NCBI RefSeq assembly: GCF_009914755.1
Contig: NC_060943.1
DNA: 64,000 nt
Strand: one strand, 5' to 3'
Source of the DNA: the human T2T-CHM13v2.0 reference genome, Homo sapiens
Numbering within the stretch: the stretch's first letter is position 1; each line of letters begins with the position of its first letter. Below, piece by piece: positions 35,573 through 64,000 of the stretch. A program made the translations under genes and the position numbers. The notes under the pieces are model-generated. The model did not search any database. It was not told where the DNA came from and saw only the letters and a list, made by a program, of their open reading frames with translations.

Positions 35573-37497
35573 TCTCAAAACCTGTGTAGCATATCACATG
35601 CAGCTGGGTCGTTTCCTGGCTAGGTTACCCTGTCAGGATCTGTGACTTTTCTGTCCTTTCTGCCACATTCCCTCACTCTAGTAGGAGTTTTCTGCCAGCT
35701 GTCCCTTGTGAGTCCCAGTGGGCACTGACATGGTCATTGATTGTGGGGTCACTGAGCATTGACTTTGTGAAGTTCAGTTCTTTCCAGCTATATACCTGCA
35801 TAGGTGATCTTCACCTACGGTGATTTGTCATGGGGTGGATCACCTTGACGTGGGCTGCCTTCTCACAAACCACTTGATGAGAGCTGTATAGGATCACTGC
35901 CACCACCCCCGCCATGTGATCACCTAACTAGAACAAATGAAGAGACCTGGCTGGTGGACAGGGTGGCTTGAATTAGGCCATGGACAGAGAGGCCCCATGG
36001 TGCACCAGTTCTGTTGAGTGGAAGACAGCTGTGGCAGAGCTGTTGGCAGTGCCCTGGTGGCTCACCTGGTACCTGAGTTGTGCCCTCTGTTGTCCTGGCA
36101 CCAGGATGTATAGCTGTGCCTTTTAAAAAAAATTTTCCTGACCTTCTTCTGACACTGTATCCTACTTTGCCCTGACTCCTGTTCCCTGGATGGCTTCCTC
36201 TCTGTCTTCCAAGATTCACTCTTTCCCCTTCTCCCGTCCTCCCCTCCAGTGGCCAGGTCTTCTACCATTGGCCTCCCTTTAATGTGTCTTGAACGGATAA
36301 TGTATCTTTAAATAGTTGTTATCTGCACATGGTGGCTCATAACTACAGTCCCAACTACTTGGGATGCTGAGGCAGGAGGAGCGCTTGAGACCAGGAGTTT
36401 GAGTCCAGCTTGGGCAACATAACGAGATCCTATCTCTAAAATAAATAAATAAATACATAGATACCTAAATAGTTTTTGAAAACCTCTTCTTCCGTGAGAC
36501 TGGCTTGTTCCATTTGAGGAGTATGGGCATAGGTGTCAATGGTTCAAGACCTGGACTTCGCTCACTGCATGGTACTGACCTGTCACCAGACACTAGGGCC
36601 CTGCAGCTCCACATTTTGCAGAACCTACAGAGAACTGACACTGAAGAGATAGCTGATAAATACACAGCATATGGAAAGGTGTTTGAGGGGAAGCAAGCCT
36701 TTTCTCCTACCAAAAAACTTCACAGTGGAAAAAATTGCAAGTGTATTATGAGCATGGGAAGGCCTTCACTTTTGTCTTCATCCTGAGAAAGCAGGAGTAC
36801 ATGCACATCTTCAAAGGGCCTTACAAGTATAGTAACATGGGGAATCCTCCAGCCAGAACTCTACCTCCTTTGAGCACCAATATGTTCACCCCAGAGAAAG
36901 TCCCCATAAGCGCAAGGAGTGTGGTCCAGCCATGAGCAAAATTTTGCAAAACTCTCCTCTGTATCAAAATGGTCATACCCTAATGAAGGACTCCTAAGTT
37001 CAGGGAATGTGGGGCACTGCCAGCTGTCCTGGTGGCTTCCCTGGTACCTGACTTGAGGTTCATACATGTTATATTCAGAGTTCTGCTTTCATTAGCAAAA
37101 ACAAATTAACACCGGAAAATGGTTGTACAAATGCAATAACTACATGAAAGCTTTCAGTGAAATATGAAACCTCATCCTGCAGAATTCTCATCAGAGAGGC
37201 CCAGTGCATGCAGCTAATGTTGGAAAGCCTATTCTCAATTTTAATCCTATTTAGCACCAGCAATTTACAGCATTGTGAGTGTAGCATGTAGGAGAGCAAA
37301 AAATTGCAGCTCCTGCCTTGATGTGCACAAAGTGATTCACACTGGAAAAACCCTCTATGAGTGCAGCCAGCATGGGAGAGCATCGGCCACAGCTCCTGCC
37401 TTGCTTGGCACCAGAAACTTCACCCTGGAGAAAAGCCTTTTGATTATAGTAAATGTAGGAAAGTCTTCACCTCCCTTATTTAGTATAAAAGAATTCA

Positions 37498-39438
<1,941 letters not shown>

Positions 39439-39702
39439 TAGCATTTTTCTAAGTATTAAGTAATTAACATTTGCCTGAAGAATTACACATTAGATGGATA
39501 ATGTAAAAATAAAGTGTTTAAGAAGTTAAACGTCTCCAAACATTAAACATTACTTGAGATTGGACATGATGGGTCATGACTGTAATCCTAGCAGTTTGGG
39601 AGGCTGAGGCAGGTGGATTGCTTGAGTACAGGAGTTCGAGACCAACCTGAGAAACATGGTGAAACCTCGTTTCTACAAAAAAAGTAAATAAAATTAGCCA
39701 GG

Positions 39703-42506
<2,804 letters not shown>

Positions 42507-43329
42507 TCACAATAGTACTTAAGTGTTCTTAAATTCTTTCAAAGCAGGAAAAATTTAAATAAAAACATTCAAAAATTGTCGAGCTATCTTACACTATAGG
42601 GATCTACAAGTAGAATCAATTCTGTGGACAGTTATAGCTGACAGTAGACAGATATTTATAGATGGAGGTGGGTATAGAGGAAGACAAAATGAATTAACGT
42701 ACTTGACATCTGAGAACTGTCTAAGGATCCTAAAAACAAGACCCTCACAGGGAAGCAACAAAGAGAGAATCGTTTATTCTCTGCCAACAACATGGTCAGT
42801 CTACATTGAGACTGCCCTGCCTTTTGTTGTTATGTGTCAAAGACACTTAGATTGGTCCAGAGAAAAAAGGAACAAAGCATCCATGTTGTGATGTGTGGGG
42901 CAAAGCAAGAACTAGATGGTCTAAGGACAAGCAAGGCTGGGGAATTACCTTCTGCTCGTCCAAGTTACAAGGAAAACAAGTTTTGGGCGAGCGTCCAAGA
43001 ACAATCACAGAATCAAGACAAATGACAAGCGGGTAGTGTCATTACAGGCTGAGAATTCTTGGTGTAGAGGTTGAAAAACGGACCTTAAACCTTTACGGGA
43101 CACTGACACACAGAGAGATCAAACCCTCGCCCAGGATGCACAGTCAGTGAGATGCAAAGCTGGGAAGGGAACCCGGAGCTCCAGGCATCTGCTCCTCCAC
43201 CTACACCTGCCCTACCCGGTGCGTTTTCTCCTCCCTGCTACCTGCTGGTGTTGCCTTCTGGAACCTCCGCAGTTTCTGCTTTCACACCTGCAGGGTTTAG
43301 TCTCCAGGGCTGCTTAGGTGGGTGCCAGG

Positions 43330-44310
43330 AACTGGGAATCCCCAACGCGGGACAACCTGCCGGGCGACTCAACCAGTGCCACGGAGCCCTTGGAAACCCG
43401 CGGCAGCTGCGCTACTCCATTTCCAGGCGCCCAGCGCGGCGGCGCTTAGCCGTTGCCATGGAGACTGGTAATGGCCCCGCCTCCGCGCCGAAAAACAGGC
43501 AGGAACCACATAACCCAGAAGGCTGTGCGCAAGCGTCTGCGCGCGTATTGGGGCAATGTGAGTTCTGGGGGCTGGACTTCCGGCGTTGGGACTGTCACTT
43601 GGCTGCTCGCGTCAGGCCACACGGGTGGTCTGGGCTGTGGCGCGCGGGTCGGGGCCCGAGGCGGGCGGCCAGGAAGGTACGGACCACGAGCAGCCGGCCG
43701 CGCCCCCAAGCCTCGGTATCTTCGAGTATGACGTGGTCGGCCCGGGGGCGGTCGGGCCCCGGCGGGAACCACGCGTTCTCCCGCCCCGCGGAAGCCCAGG
43801 AGGCAGCGCATTGGGCATTCTGCGCCCATGACTGCCGGGCAGGCTGAGGCGCGGGGCAGCCGCGGGAGGCTGCTGGCGGGGATGGCGGTCCCGGGTGGTC
43901 CATGCCTTTCTTCCCTCCCAGTTGCGGGTTCCGCTGGCGGCGGTGGCGCTGACCAGCCCGCGCCGGGGGGGCGGGGGAGTCCCTGCTCACACAGACTGCG
44001 CCCCCACGGAGTGAGGCCGCTTCCTAGACCTCGCCTAGTCGTCTTTCCTCTCCCTGCCCTGGGGGGGTTGCGGGGGTCAGTGCAAACTCCTGCGTCCAGG
44101 GCACTGGTGAGCTCCCGACTTCCGGCAGCCAGGGGGCTGAGGTCCCGAAGGAGGCTCCGAGGGGAGAGTCCTGCGTGTGCAAAACCTGGGAGGGGAGCCG
44201 AAGCCCAGATGCTTCTGGGACTGAGCGCTCTCGATGTGGAGCTGGAGTAGAGGGGATGTGTGCGGCTGCAGTAGCAGGCGAGGGAGTGGGCTTTATCTCG
44301 AGGGCGTCGG
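43330..44310 (+). promoter_or_regulatory. ZNF324B: ZNF324B CpG-island promoter and non-coding exon 1 (donor after 43676)
   Basis: X-box GTTGCCATGGAGAC (43452-43465), ETS GACTTCCGG, and a GAAG|gtacgg donor paralogous to 59143. Confidence 0.8.
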
Positions 44311-44908
44311 GAGACATAGAAATTTTTGAACAGAATCAGGACATCCTCTGAGTTGGGACTTTAAAACGGTTCCACCGTTTGTTGCGTGGAGAACAGACAT
44401 GCAGGGGTGTCGGCATGAAGGGAAGAACCGACTGCCACAGTCTGGGCAGCAGTGGAGGTGGGCGACCAGGTGAATTCTGGTGGATCTGCGGATGCATCAG
44501 GTGTGGGCTGTTTGAAGAACTAAGTACCCCATGTTGTTCAGCCTGAGCGCCTGGAAGAAGAGAGCTGCTGTAGATAGAAAGGAGAATTGAAAGGAAAGCA
44601 GGTTTCCTTCAGGGGAAAGATCAAGAGTCTGGGATGTCCCAGGTTGGTCATGTCACTGGACCTGACGTTGTTGGTGTCCTGGGCTGAGGACAGGGCCTAT
44701 AAACTGGACTGAAGAAGGCGATGAGCAGTCAGGCGTGCGGAGTTACAGCTTGAGGGTAAAGAAAACCGGCTGGGGTGCCTGAGGCTATCAGGGGAGGAGT
44801 TCGGCAGGTGGCTGAATAGGAGAGGGTGGCAGCAATGTGGGAAAGAAATTGCGGGAGCGCTGAGATCGAGACCATCCTGGCTCACACAGTGAAACCCGGT
44901 CTCTACTA

Positions 44909-45145
<237 letters not shown>

Positions 45146-45660
45146 TCACAGGTTCTTGGGGCTGCACCCCTATGACGACTGGTGGGGATCATCCAGTCCC
45201 TCAGGCTGGATGAGCAGCCTGGAAATGTCAGGCAAGCGCAGCAGGGGAAGGTCTCAGTGATGGGCATGCCTGGGGGGTCCACAGCTGGGACTTACACCCT
45301 TGCTTATTACAAAAGCAAGAAGGGCACATCTGGGGAGGGTCATGAATGGTCATGCTGAGTCACGAGTGGATATTTGGGGCTGCCCTTGGTGTGGCAGCTA
45401 AGGGCCCAGCCAGGGCTTGCTCTAGCCTGCTTGTGTAGGGGTGGCCAGTGGGGAAGTGAAGAAGCCATCTGGGGCCTGGACCAGGAGGGCAGAGGGGAGG
45501 GGTCCCAGACAGGTGAGGGAAGTGCCACCTGAAGATAATCTCGGGGTGGAACCCAAGGAAGGAGGGACACTGGGGGAGGTGACTGTTGGGATGGGGAGCT
45601 TGGTCCTGGCTCACAGCCATACCTTAGACCATGCCTACCTCCACCTCCCTGCTGTTTTAG

Positions 45661-48544
<2,884 letters not shown>

Positions 48545-49873
48545 GGTCACAGGTCGCAGCCCAACCCTTTCTTGGCCTTCTGTGAATCCCTTCCACAGCT
48601 AAAGGGTCCGAGTGCTCTTCAGATCCACGATGGGGAAAAGCTCTGTGCCTGAGAGTCAGGGACGAGGGAGACCCTTTGGCTGTGGTTCCATTTGCAGGTG
48701 GGGACAGGATTTGCCAGTTTAGTCATAGCTCACACCTCCATCCTCAAAGAGGTAACACTGCAGAAACATCAGAGGGAGGACATGTCAGCTGGAACTCTGG
48801 TGGGGCTGAGGCTGTAGTTGGGGCCATAGGACGCCGACAAAGGCAGCGCTGCATGGTGGTGCTACTTCATGTGTTATGAGAGTGGATGCTGAGGTGAGGG
48901 GGATGCGGACATGGGGTAGGATGACCTAGAGAAACTTATGATGTCTGCACACAAACTGGCCGCTAGACGGACGCTGAGGACATTTTCCCCCTGAGGCCTC
49001 TATTCAAGGCTTCCTGGGGGCCATCTCAGCAAACAGGAGACTACAGGGGACTGGGGATCAGGGTGTGGCCTGTGAGTGTCAGCCTCCTCCTCGGAAAAAG
49101 AAAAGCTTTGGGTCAACTCAGCATCATGTTTGCAGATGCTGACAGACGGGATCCTAATGAGAGTCAATGTGTGCTCACTGCCAGCTCCTGGGCTGTGCTC
49201 TGGTCAGCCAGGTGTGAGGGCCTGGCCTGGGGTCACACAGCTGACTCAGGAGAGGAATGCCCATGGTTCTCAGCATTGGAAGGACAAACCTAGGATGATG
49301 GCTTTCCAGTGGCACTCGTTCAGGTTTTCGTCCAAGTCTCAGCTTGGCCAAGGCCTGTCGCTCACTCATTTACAAAAGTCGATGTGAGGAGGAGCCTTTA
49401 CACCTGTGGAGACAGTGATAGCTTTGGAGCAGATAAGGTGGAGCTGCTCATTTTTGCTGGATTTGGTGGCCGCTCCCCGCCCCCACCCCCACCCCCTCCA
49501 TCTCACCTTTCCCTTGTTATGCCTCCTCAATTGGAGGCTGGACAGAGAGCTGAATAGGAAGGACTTGCCATTACCTAAGGCCATGTGTGACAGCCTCCTG
49601 AGGACCTCCCCAACCCAGTGTGATGGGCCTGCATGGCAGAGACAAAAGGGTAGACTGGGGGTCATTTGCTTCCTGTGGCCTTAAGCCTACTAGGCCCCAT
49701 CCTTACCTGAGACCTCACCTCCAAGAAATTAATGGTCTTTTCAATGGAGAAAAAAAAAGACTAGTATTTGCAACTTAAAATAGATGTAGTTTCCTTTACA
49801 GCCGTGTGGACCTCCACAGCACAGCCTCCTGTCTCTATTCCAGGGTATGATTCAGTTGTTTGTTTGTTTTTGA

Positions 49874-49984
<111 letters not shown>

Positions 49985-50547
49985 TGAGTAGCTGGGATTA
50001 CAGGCGCCCACCACCATGCCCGGCTAATTTTGTATTTTTAGTAGAGACAGGGTTTCTCCATGTTGGTCAGGCTGGTCTCGAACTCCCAACCTCAGGTGAT
50101 CTGCCCATCTTGGCCTCCCAGAGTGCTGGGATTACAGGCGTGAGCCACTGCGTTTGTTTTTCATGAAGCGTCTCAGTCTGTCGCCCAGGCTGGAGTGCAG
50201 TGGAGCAACCTCGGCTCTGCCTCTTGGGTTCAAGCCATTCTCCTGCCTCAGCCCCTCCAGTAGCTGGGATTACAGGCTTGCACCACCATACCTGGCTAAT
50301 TTTTGTATTTTTAGTAGAGACGGGGTTTCACCATGTTGGCTGGGCTGGTCTCAAACTCCTGACCTCAAGTGATCGGCCCATCTTGGCCTCCCAAAGTGGT
50401 GAGATTACAGGCGTGAGCCACTGCGCCTGCCTACATACCATGATTTTAAAGTTGCAGCTGTTTCCTATTGCTTGTAACTCAGTCTTGTCTTTTCAATGGT
50501 AACCAATTTCTGTTTCAAACTGAAAGGTTCATGAGGGTGAGTTCTTC

Positions 50548-51981
<1,434 letters not shown>

Positions 51982-51999
51982 GTTCTCTTGTCCCTGAGT

Positions 52000-55400
<3,401 letters not shown>

Positions 55401-55494
55401 GGCCGGGCGCAGTGGCTCATGCCTGTAATCCCAGCACTTTGGGAGGCCGAGGCGGGTGGATCACGAGGTCAGGAGATCAAGACCATCCTGGCTA

Positions 55495-55831
<337 letters not shown>

Positions 55832-56135
55832 TCATTTTAGTTTTTGTGGCCGAAATCTCAATAATCATAATTATGACTGATAGCATACCATATACCAGTC
55901 ATCTTATAGCTCACACGAGGATGAGAAGTAGAAAATTTGTTAGAAAATATCACTCAGGCGGTCGGGCGCGGTGGCTCATGCCTGTAATCCCAGCACTTTG
56001 GGAGGCCAAGGCAGGTGGATCACCTGAGGTCAGGAGTTCAAGACCAGGCTGGTCAACATGGTGAAACCCCGTCTCTAGTAAAAATACAAAAATTAGTCGG
56101 TTGTGGTTGCAGGCACCTGTAATCCCAGCTACTCA

Positions 56136-56264
<129 letters not shown>

Positions 56265-56660
56265 CTAAAAAAGAAAATATCACTCAGGCCAGGTGCAGTG
56301 GCTCACACTTATAATCCCAGCACTTTTGGAGGCCAAGGCAGGCGGATCACTTGAGGTCAGGAGTTCGAGACCAGCCCAACATGGCAAAACCTTGTCTCTA
56401 CTAAAAATACAAAAATTAGGTGGGTGTGATGGCATGCACCTGTAATTCCAACTATTCGGGAGGCTGAGGCACGAGAATCTCTTGAACCCAGGAGGTAGAG
56501 ATTGCAGTGAGCCAAGATTGTTTCACTGTGCTCCAGCCTGGGTGACAGAGTGAGATGCTGTCTCAAATAATTAAATTAAAAATTAAAAAATGAAACGTTT
56601 GAAGAGTTAAAATGCCTCCAAATATTCATACATTGCTTAAAATGGTAATAATGCCTCTAA

Positions 56661-56897
<237 letters not shown>

Positions 56898-57055
56898 TAG
56901 CCAGGATGGTCTCGATCTCCTGACCTCAAGATCCGCCCACCTCGGCCTCCCAAAGTGCTGGGATTACAGGCGTGAGCCACAGCGCCCGGCCACAGCTTGA
57001 ATAGTTCTAAGTGTTGGGGTTTTTTTTCTTCAGGGTTTTTGAACTTTAATACTTC

Positions 57056-57365
<310 letters not shown>

Positions 57366-58759
57366 CTGAACTTTAATACTTCTAAGTGTTGGGGTTTTTT
57401 TTTTCCCCCTCAGGGTTTTTGTTTGTTTTTTCCTGAGACAGGGTCTCTCTCTTACCCAGGCTGGAGTGCAGGGGCTCCATCATAGCTCACTGCACACTCC
57501 AACTCCTGAACTCAATCCTCCCACCTCAGCCTCCCATGTAGCTGGTATTACAGGCATGCAAGACCATGCTCAGCTAATTTTTATATTTTTTTATAAAGAT
57601 GGGGTCACATTTTGTTGCTCAGGCTGGTCTCAAACTCCTAGGCTCCAGTGATCGCTCACCTTGGCCACCCAAAGTGCTCAGATTCCAGGTGTGAGCCACT
57701 GCGCCCAGTCCTGAAATGTTCTTAAATTCTTTCAAAGTAGCAAAATTTATATTAAAACATTCCAAACATGATGAGCTCCCTTGCTCTACAAGGATTTACA
57801 AGTAGAATCAATTAGGTGGACAGTTATAGCTGACAGTTGACAGAGAGATAGTTATAGATGGAGGTAGGTATAGAGGGAGGGAGGCAAAAAGAGTTAAGGA
57901 ACTGGACAGCTGAGAACTGTCTACAGGTTCCAAAAACAAGACAAAGAACCTTTTATTATCTGCCAAACAAGACAGTCTACATTGAGACTGCTCTGCCTTT
58001 CGTTTTTATGTGTCAAAGACACTTAAATTGGCCTGTAATCCCAGCACTTTGGGAGAAGGAGGTGGGCGGATCACCTGAGGTCAGGAGTTCAAGACCAGCC
58101 TGGCCAACATGGTGAAACTCCATCTCTACTAAAAAATACAAAAATTAGGCAGGCATGGTGGCGCACACCTGTGGTCCCAGCTACTACGGAGGCTGAGGCG
58201 GGGGGATCACTTGAACCTGAAGGCAGAGGTTGCAGTGAGCCGAGATTGTGCCACTGCACTCCAGCACGGGCAACAGAACAAAGACCCTGTTAAAAAAAAA
58301 AAAAAAACTTAAATGAGTCCCAAGAAAAAAGGAAAAAAGAATGAATATTGTGATGTGTGGGGCAAGACAAGATCTAGATGGTCTAAGGACAAGCAAATCT
58401 GGGGAATTAACTTCTGCCCATCCAAATTACAAGGAAAACAGATGCTTTGGGCAAGTGTCGAGGAACAGTCTCATACTTAAGACAAATGTAGGCTTACGGG
58501 CTGAGAATTCTTGGTGTAAAGGTTGAAAACGGACCTTAAACCTTTACGGGACATTGACACAGAGAGGTCAAACCCGCGCCCAGGACGCACAGTCAGTGAG
58601 AGGCAGAGCTGGGAAGGGAACCCGGAGCTCCAGGCATCGGCTCCTCCACCTCCACCTGCGCTACCCGGTGCATTTTCTCCTCCGTGCTCACTGCTGGTGT
58701 TGCCTCTTGGAACCTCGGCAGTTTCTGCTTTCGCACCTGCAGGGTTTAGTCTCCGGGAC

Positions 58760-59830
58760 TGCTTGGGAGGACACCTGGAATGCCGAAGGCAGGACTACAC
58801 ACCGGGCGAATCCACCAGCGCCACCAAGCCCTTGAAAACCCGAGGCCGCCGCGCGACTCCATTTCCCAGCGCCCCGCGCGGCAGGGGCTTGGACGTTGCC
58901 AAGGAGACCGGTAGTGGCCCCGCCTCCACGCAGGGAAACAGGCGGGAACCACGTGACCCGGAAGGCTGTACGCAAGCGTCCGCGGCGCGCACTGGGCCAA
59001 TGAGAACCGAAGGGCTGGACTTCCGGCGGTGGGACTGTCACTTCGCCGCCCGCGTCAGGCCACACCGGTGGTCTGGGCTGGGGACCGCGGGTCGGGTCCG
59101 GTTTCCAGGAGGTTCCTGGTGCTCGAGGCTGGCGGCGAGGAAGGTACTGGCTGAGGGCCCGCGTCGGGCCCGCCCTGCGCACGCGTCGTGATCAAGGGCG
59201 CCGGCCGCCGGCCGCGCCCCCAAGCCTCTGTTTCTCAGAGTGCGTCGTGGGCGTCCAGGGGACTGTCGGGCCGCGGCGGGAGCCATGCGCTCTCCCACCG
59301 TGCGGCAGCCCAGGAGGCTGCGCGCTGGGCGTTCCACGTCCATGATGGCCGGGGAGACTGAGGCGCGGGGCGGCCCCGGGACGCTGCTGGCGGGGAAAGG
59401 CTGGGTGGTCCACGCCTTTCTTCCCTCCCAGCTGCGGGTTCCGCTGGCGGCGGTGGCGCTGACAAGCCCGCGTCGGGGAAGCAGGGGAGTCCCTGCTCAC
59501 ACAGACCGCGCCCTCACGGAGGGAGGCCGCTTCCTAGACCTCGCCTAGTCGTCTTTCCTCTCCCTGCCCTGGGGGGGTTGCGGGGGTCAGTGCAAACTCC
59601 TGCGTCCAGGGCACTGGTGAGCTCCCGAGTTCGGGCAGCCAGGGGGCTGAGGTCCTGAAGGAGGCTCCGAGGGGAGAGTCCTGCGTGTGCAAAACCTGGG
59701 AGGGGAGCCGAAGCCCAGGTGCTTCTGGGACTGAGCTCTCTCGATGTGGAGCTGGAGTAGAGGGGACGTGTGCGGCTGCAGTATCAGGCGAGGGGGTGGG
59801 CTTTATCTCGAGGGCGTCGGGAGACATAGA
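58760..59830 (+). promoter_or_regulatory. ZNF324: ZNF324 CpG-island promoter and non-coding exon 1 (donor after 59143)
   Basis: X-box GTTGCCAAGGAGAC (58895-58908), CCAAT (~58997), ETS GACTTCCGG and a GAAG|gtactg donor. Confidence 0.8.
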
Positions 59831-60896
59831 AGTTTTGAACAGAATCAGGACATCCTCTGAGGACTTTAAAACGGTTCCACCGTTTGTTGCGTGGAGAACA
59901 GACATGCAGGGGTGTCGGCATGAAGGGAAGAACCGACTGCCACAGTCTGGGCAGCAGTGGAGGTGGGCGACCAGGTGAATTCTGGTGGATCTGCGGATGC
60001 ATCAGGTGTGGGCTGTTTGAAGAACTAAGTACCCCATGTTGTTCAGCCTGAGCGCCTGGAAGAAGAGAGCTGCTGTAGATAGAAAGGAGAATTGAAAGGA
60101 AAGCAGGTTTCCTTCAGGGGAAAGATCAAGAGTCTGGGATGTCCCAGGTTGGTCATGTCACTGGACCTGACGTTGTTGGCGTCCTGGGCTGTGGACAGGG
60201 CCTATGAATTGGACTGAGGAATGGGCAGGGACTCAGCCAGGTGTGGGCAGTTATGGCTTGAGGGTAAAGAAGACCAGCTGGGATGCCTGGGGCTATTGGG
60301 AAGAGCCTAGCACCTAACTGAGGAGGGGAGGGTGGCAACAGAGAGGGGAAGAAAGGGGACACCGGGTGAAAGGAGGAAGGGATTGAGTTCCTCTGTGTTC
60401 ACAGGTTGTTGAGGCTGCTCCCCTGTGGCGACTGGTGAGAATCATCCAGTCCCTCAGGCTGGATGAGCAGCCTGGAAATGTCAGGCAAGCAGGCTCAGCA
60501 GGGGAGGGTCCCAGTGATGGGTATGCCTGGGAAGCCCCTGCTGGGACTCATAGTTTCTTGCTACAAGAGCAGGAAGGGTGCATCTGGGGAGGGTCATGAG
60601 TGGTCATGCTGAGTCACGAGTGGACACCTGGGGCTGCTCTTGGTGTGGCAGCTGAGGGCCCAGCCAGGACTTGTTCTAGCTTGCTTGTGTATGGCGTTGC
60701 CAGTGGGGAGGCCAAGAAGGCATCTGGGGTCTGGTCAGGGAGGGCAGAGGGGAGGGGTCCCAGACATGTGAGGGAAGTGCCATCTGAAGATGGTGGGGGC
60801 AGAACCCAGGGAAGGAGGGTGAGTGTCTGAGGGACATCATGGAAGGTGGCTGTTGGGATGGGGAGCTTGGTCCTGGCTCACAGCCATACCTTAAAC

Positions 60897-61100
60897 TAAG
60901 CTTGTCCAACCCACTGCCCAGGATGGCTTTGAATGCAGCCCAAAACAAGTTCGTGAACTTTCTTAAAACATGAGATGTTTATGCAATTTTTATTTTTTTT
61001 AGCTCATCAGCTGTTATTAGTGTTAATGTATTTTATGTGTTGCCCAAGACAATTCTTCTTCCAATGTGGCCCAGGGAAGCCAAAAGATTGGATAACCCAG
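60897..61100 (-). mobile_element. MER30 (hAT-Charlie) DNA transposon
   Basis: Imperfect TIRs (aagcttgtccaa / ttggataacccag) and an 8-bp TSD ccttaaac/ccttagac. The ZNF324B paralogous site carries a single ccttagac (45622-45629). Confidence 0.85.
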
Positions 61101-61139
61101 CCTTAGACCATGGCTGTCTCTTCCTCCCTGCTCTTTTAG

Positions 61140-64000
<2,861 letters not shown>

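Noticed and set aside
43152-43847. 231-aa and 222-aa (58523-59191) ORFs over the ZNF324B/ZNF324 promoters
   Set aside because: Their similarity reflects the duplication. They start upstream of the likely TSS, have different starts and ends, and show no domain.

Overview
Human (primate) genomic DNA, recognisable as the distal chr19q13.43 KRAB zinc-finger cluster. Four spliced KRAB-C2H2 genes can be assembled from GT-AG junctions: ZNF584 (+, 421 aa), ZNF132 (-, 706 aa), ZNF324B (+, 544 aa) and ZNF324 (+, runs off the window end). The window also holds two decayed KRAB-ZNF relics: one downstream of ZNF132, and one lying divergently from the ZNF132 CpG island with KRAB-A, KRAB-B and finger remnants. 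The rest is dense Alu/L1/LTR sequence, including a solo ERV9 LTR12, a full-length THE1, nested MST LTRs, a MER30 and three AluYb8 copies. I see no new biological system. The most interesting signals are: (1) mosaic near-identity between old ZNF324/ZNF324B duplicates, suggesting gene conversion, with differences at two base-contacting residues; (2) an inverted, homologous bidirectional promoter module shared by ZNF584 and ZNF132; (3) an open in-frame intronic ATG extension in both ZNF324 paralogues, a possible KRAB-less isoform; (4) an LTR12 pointing at ZNF132; and (5) three AluYb8 insertions in 53 kb. Gene names and repeat subfamilies come from recall and by-eye alignment, not database searches.
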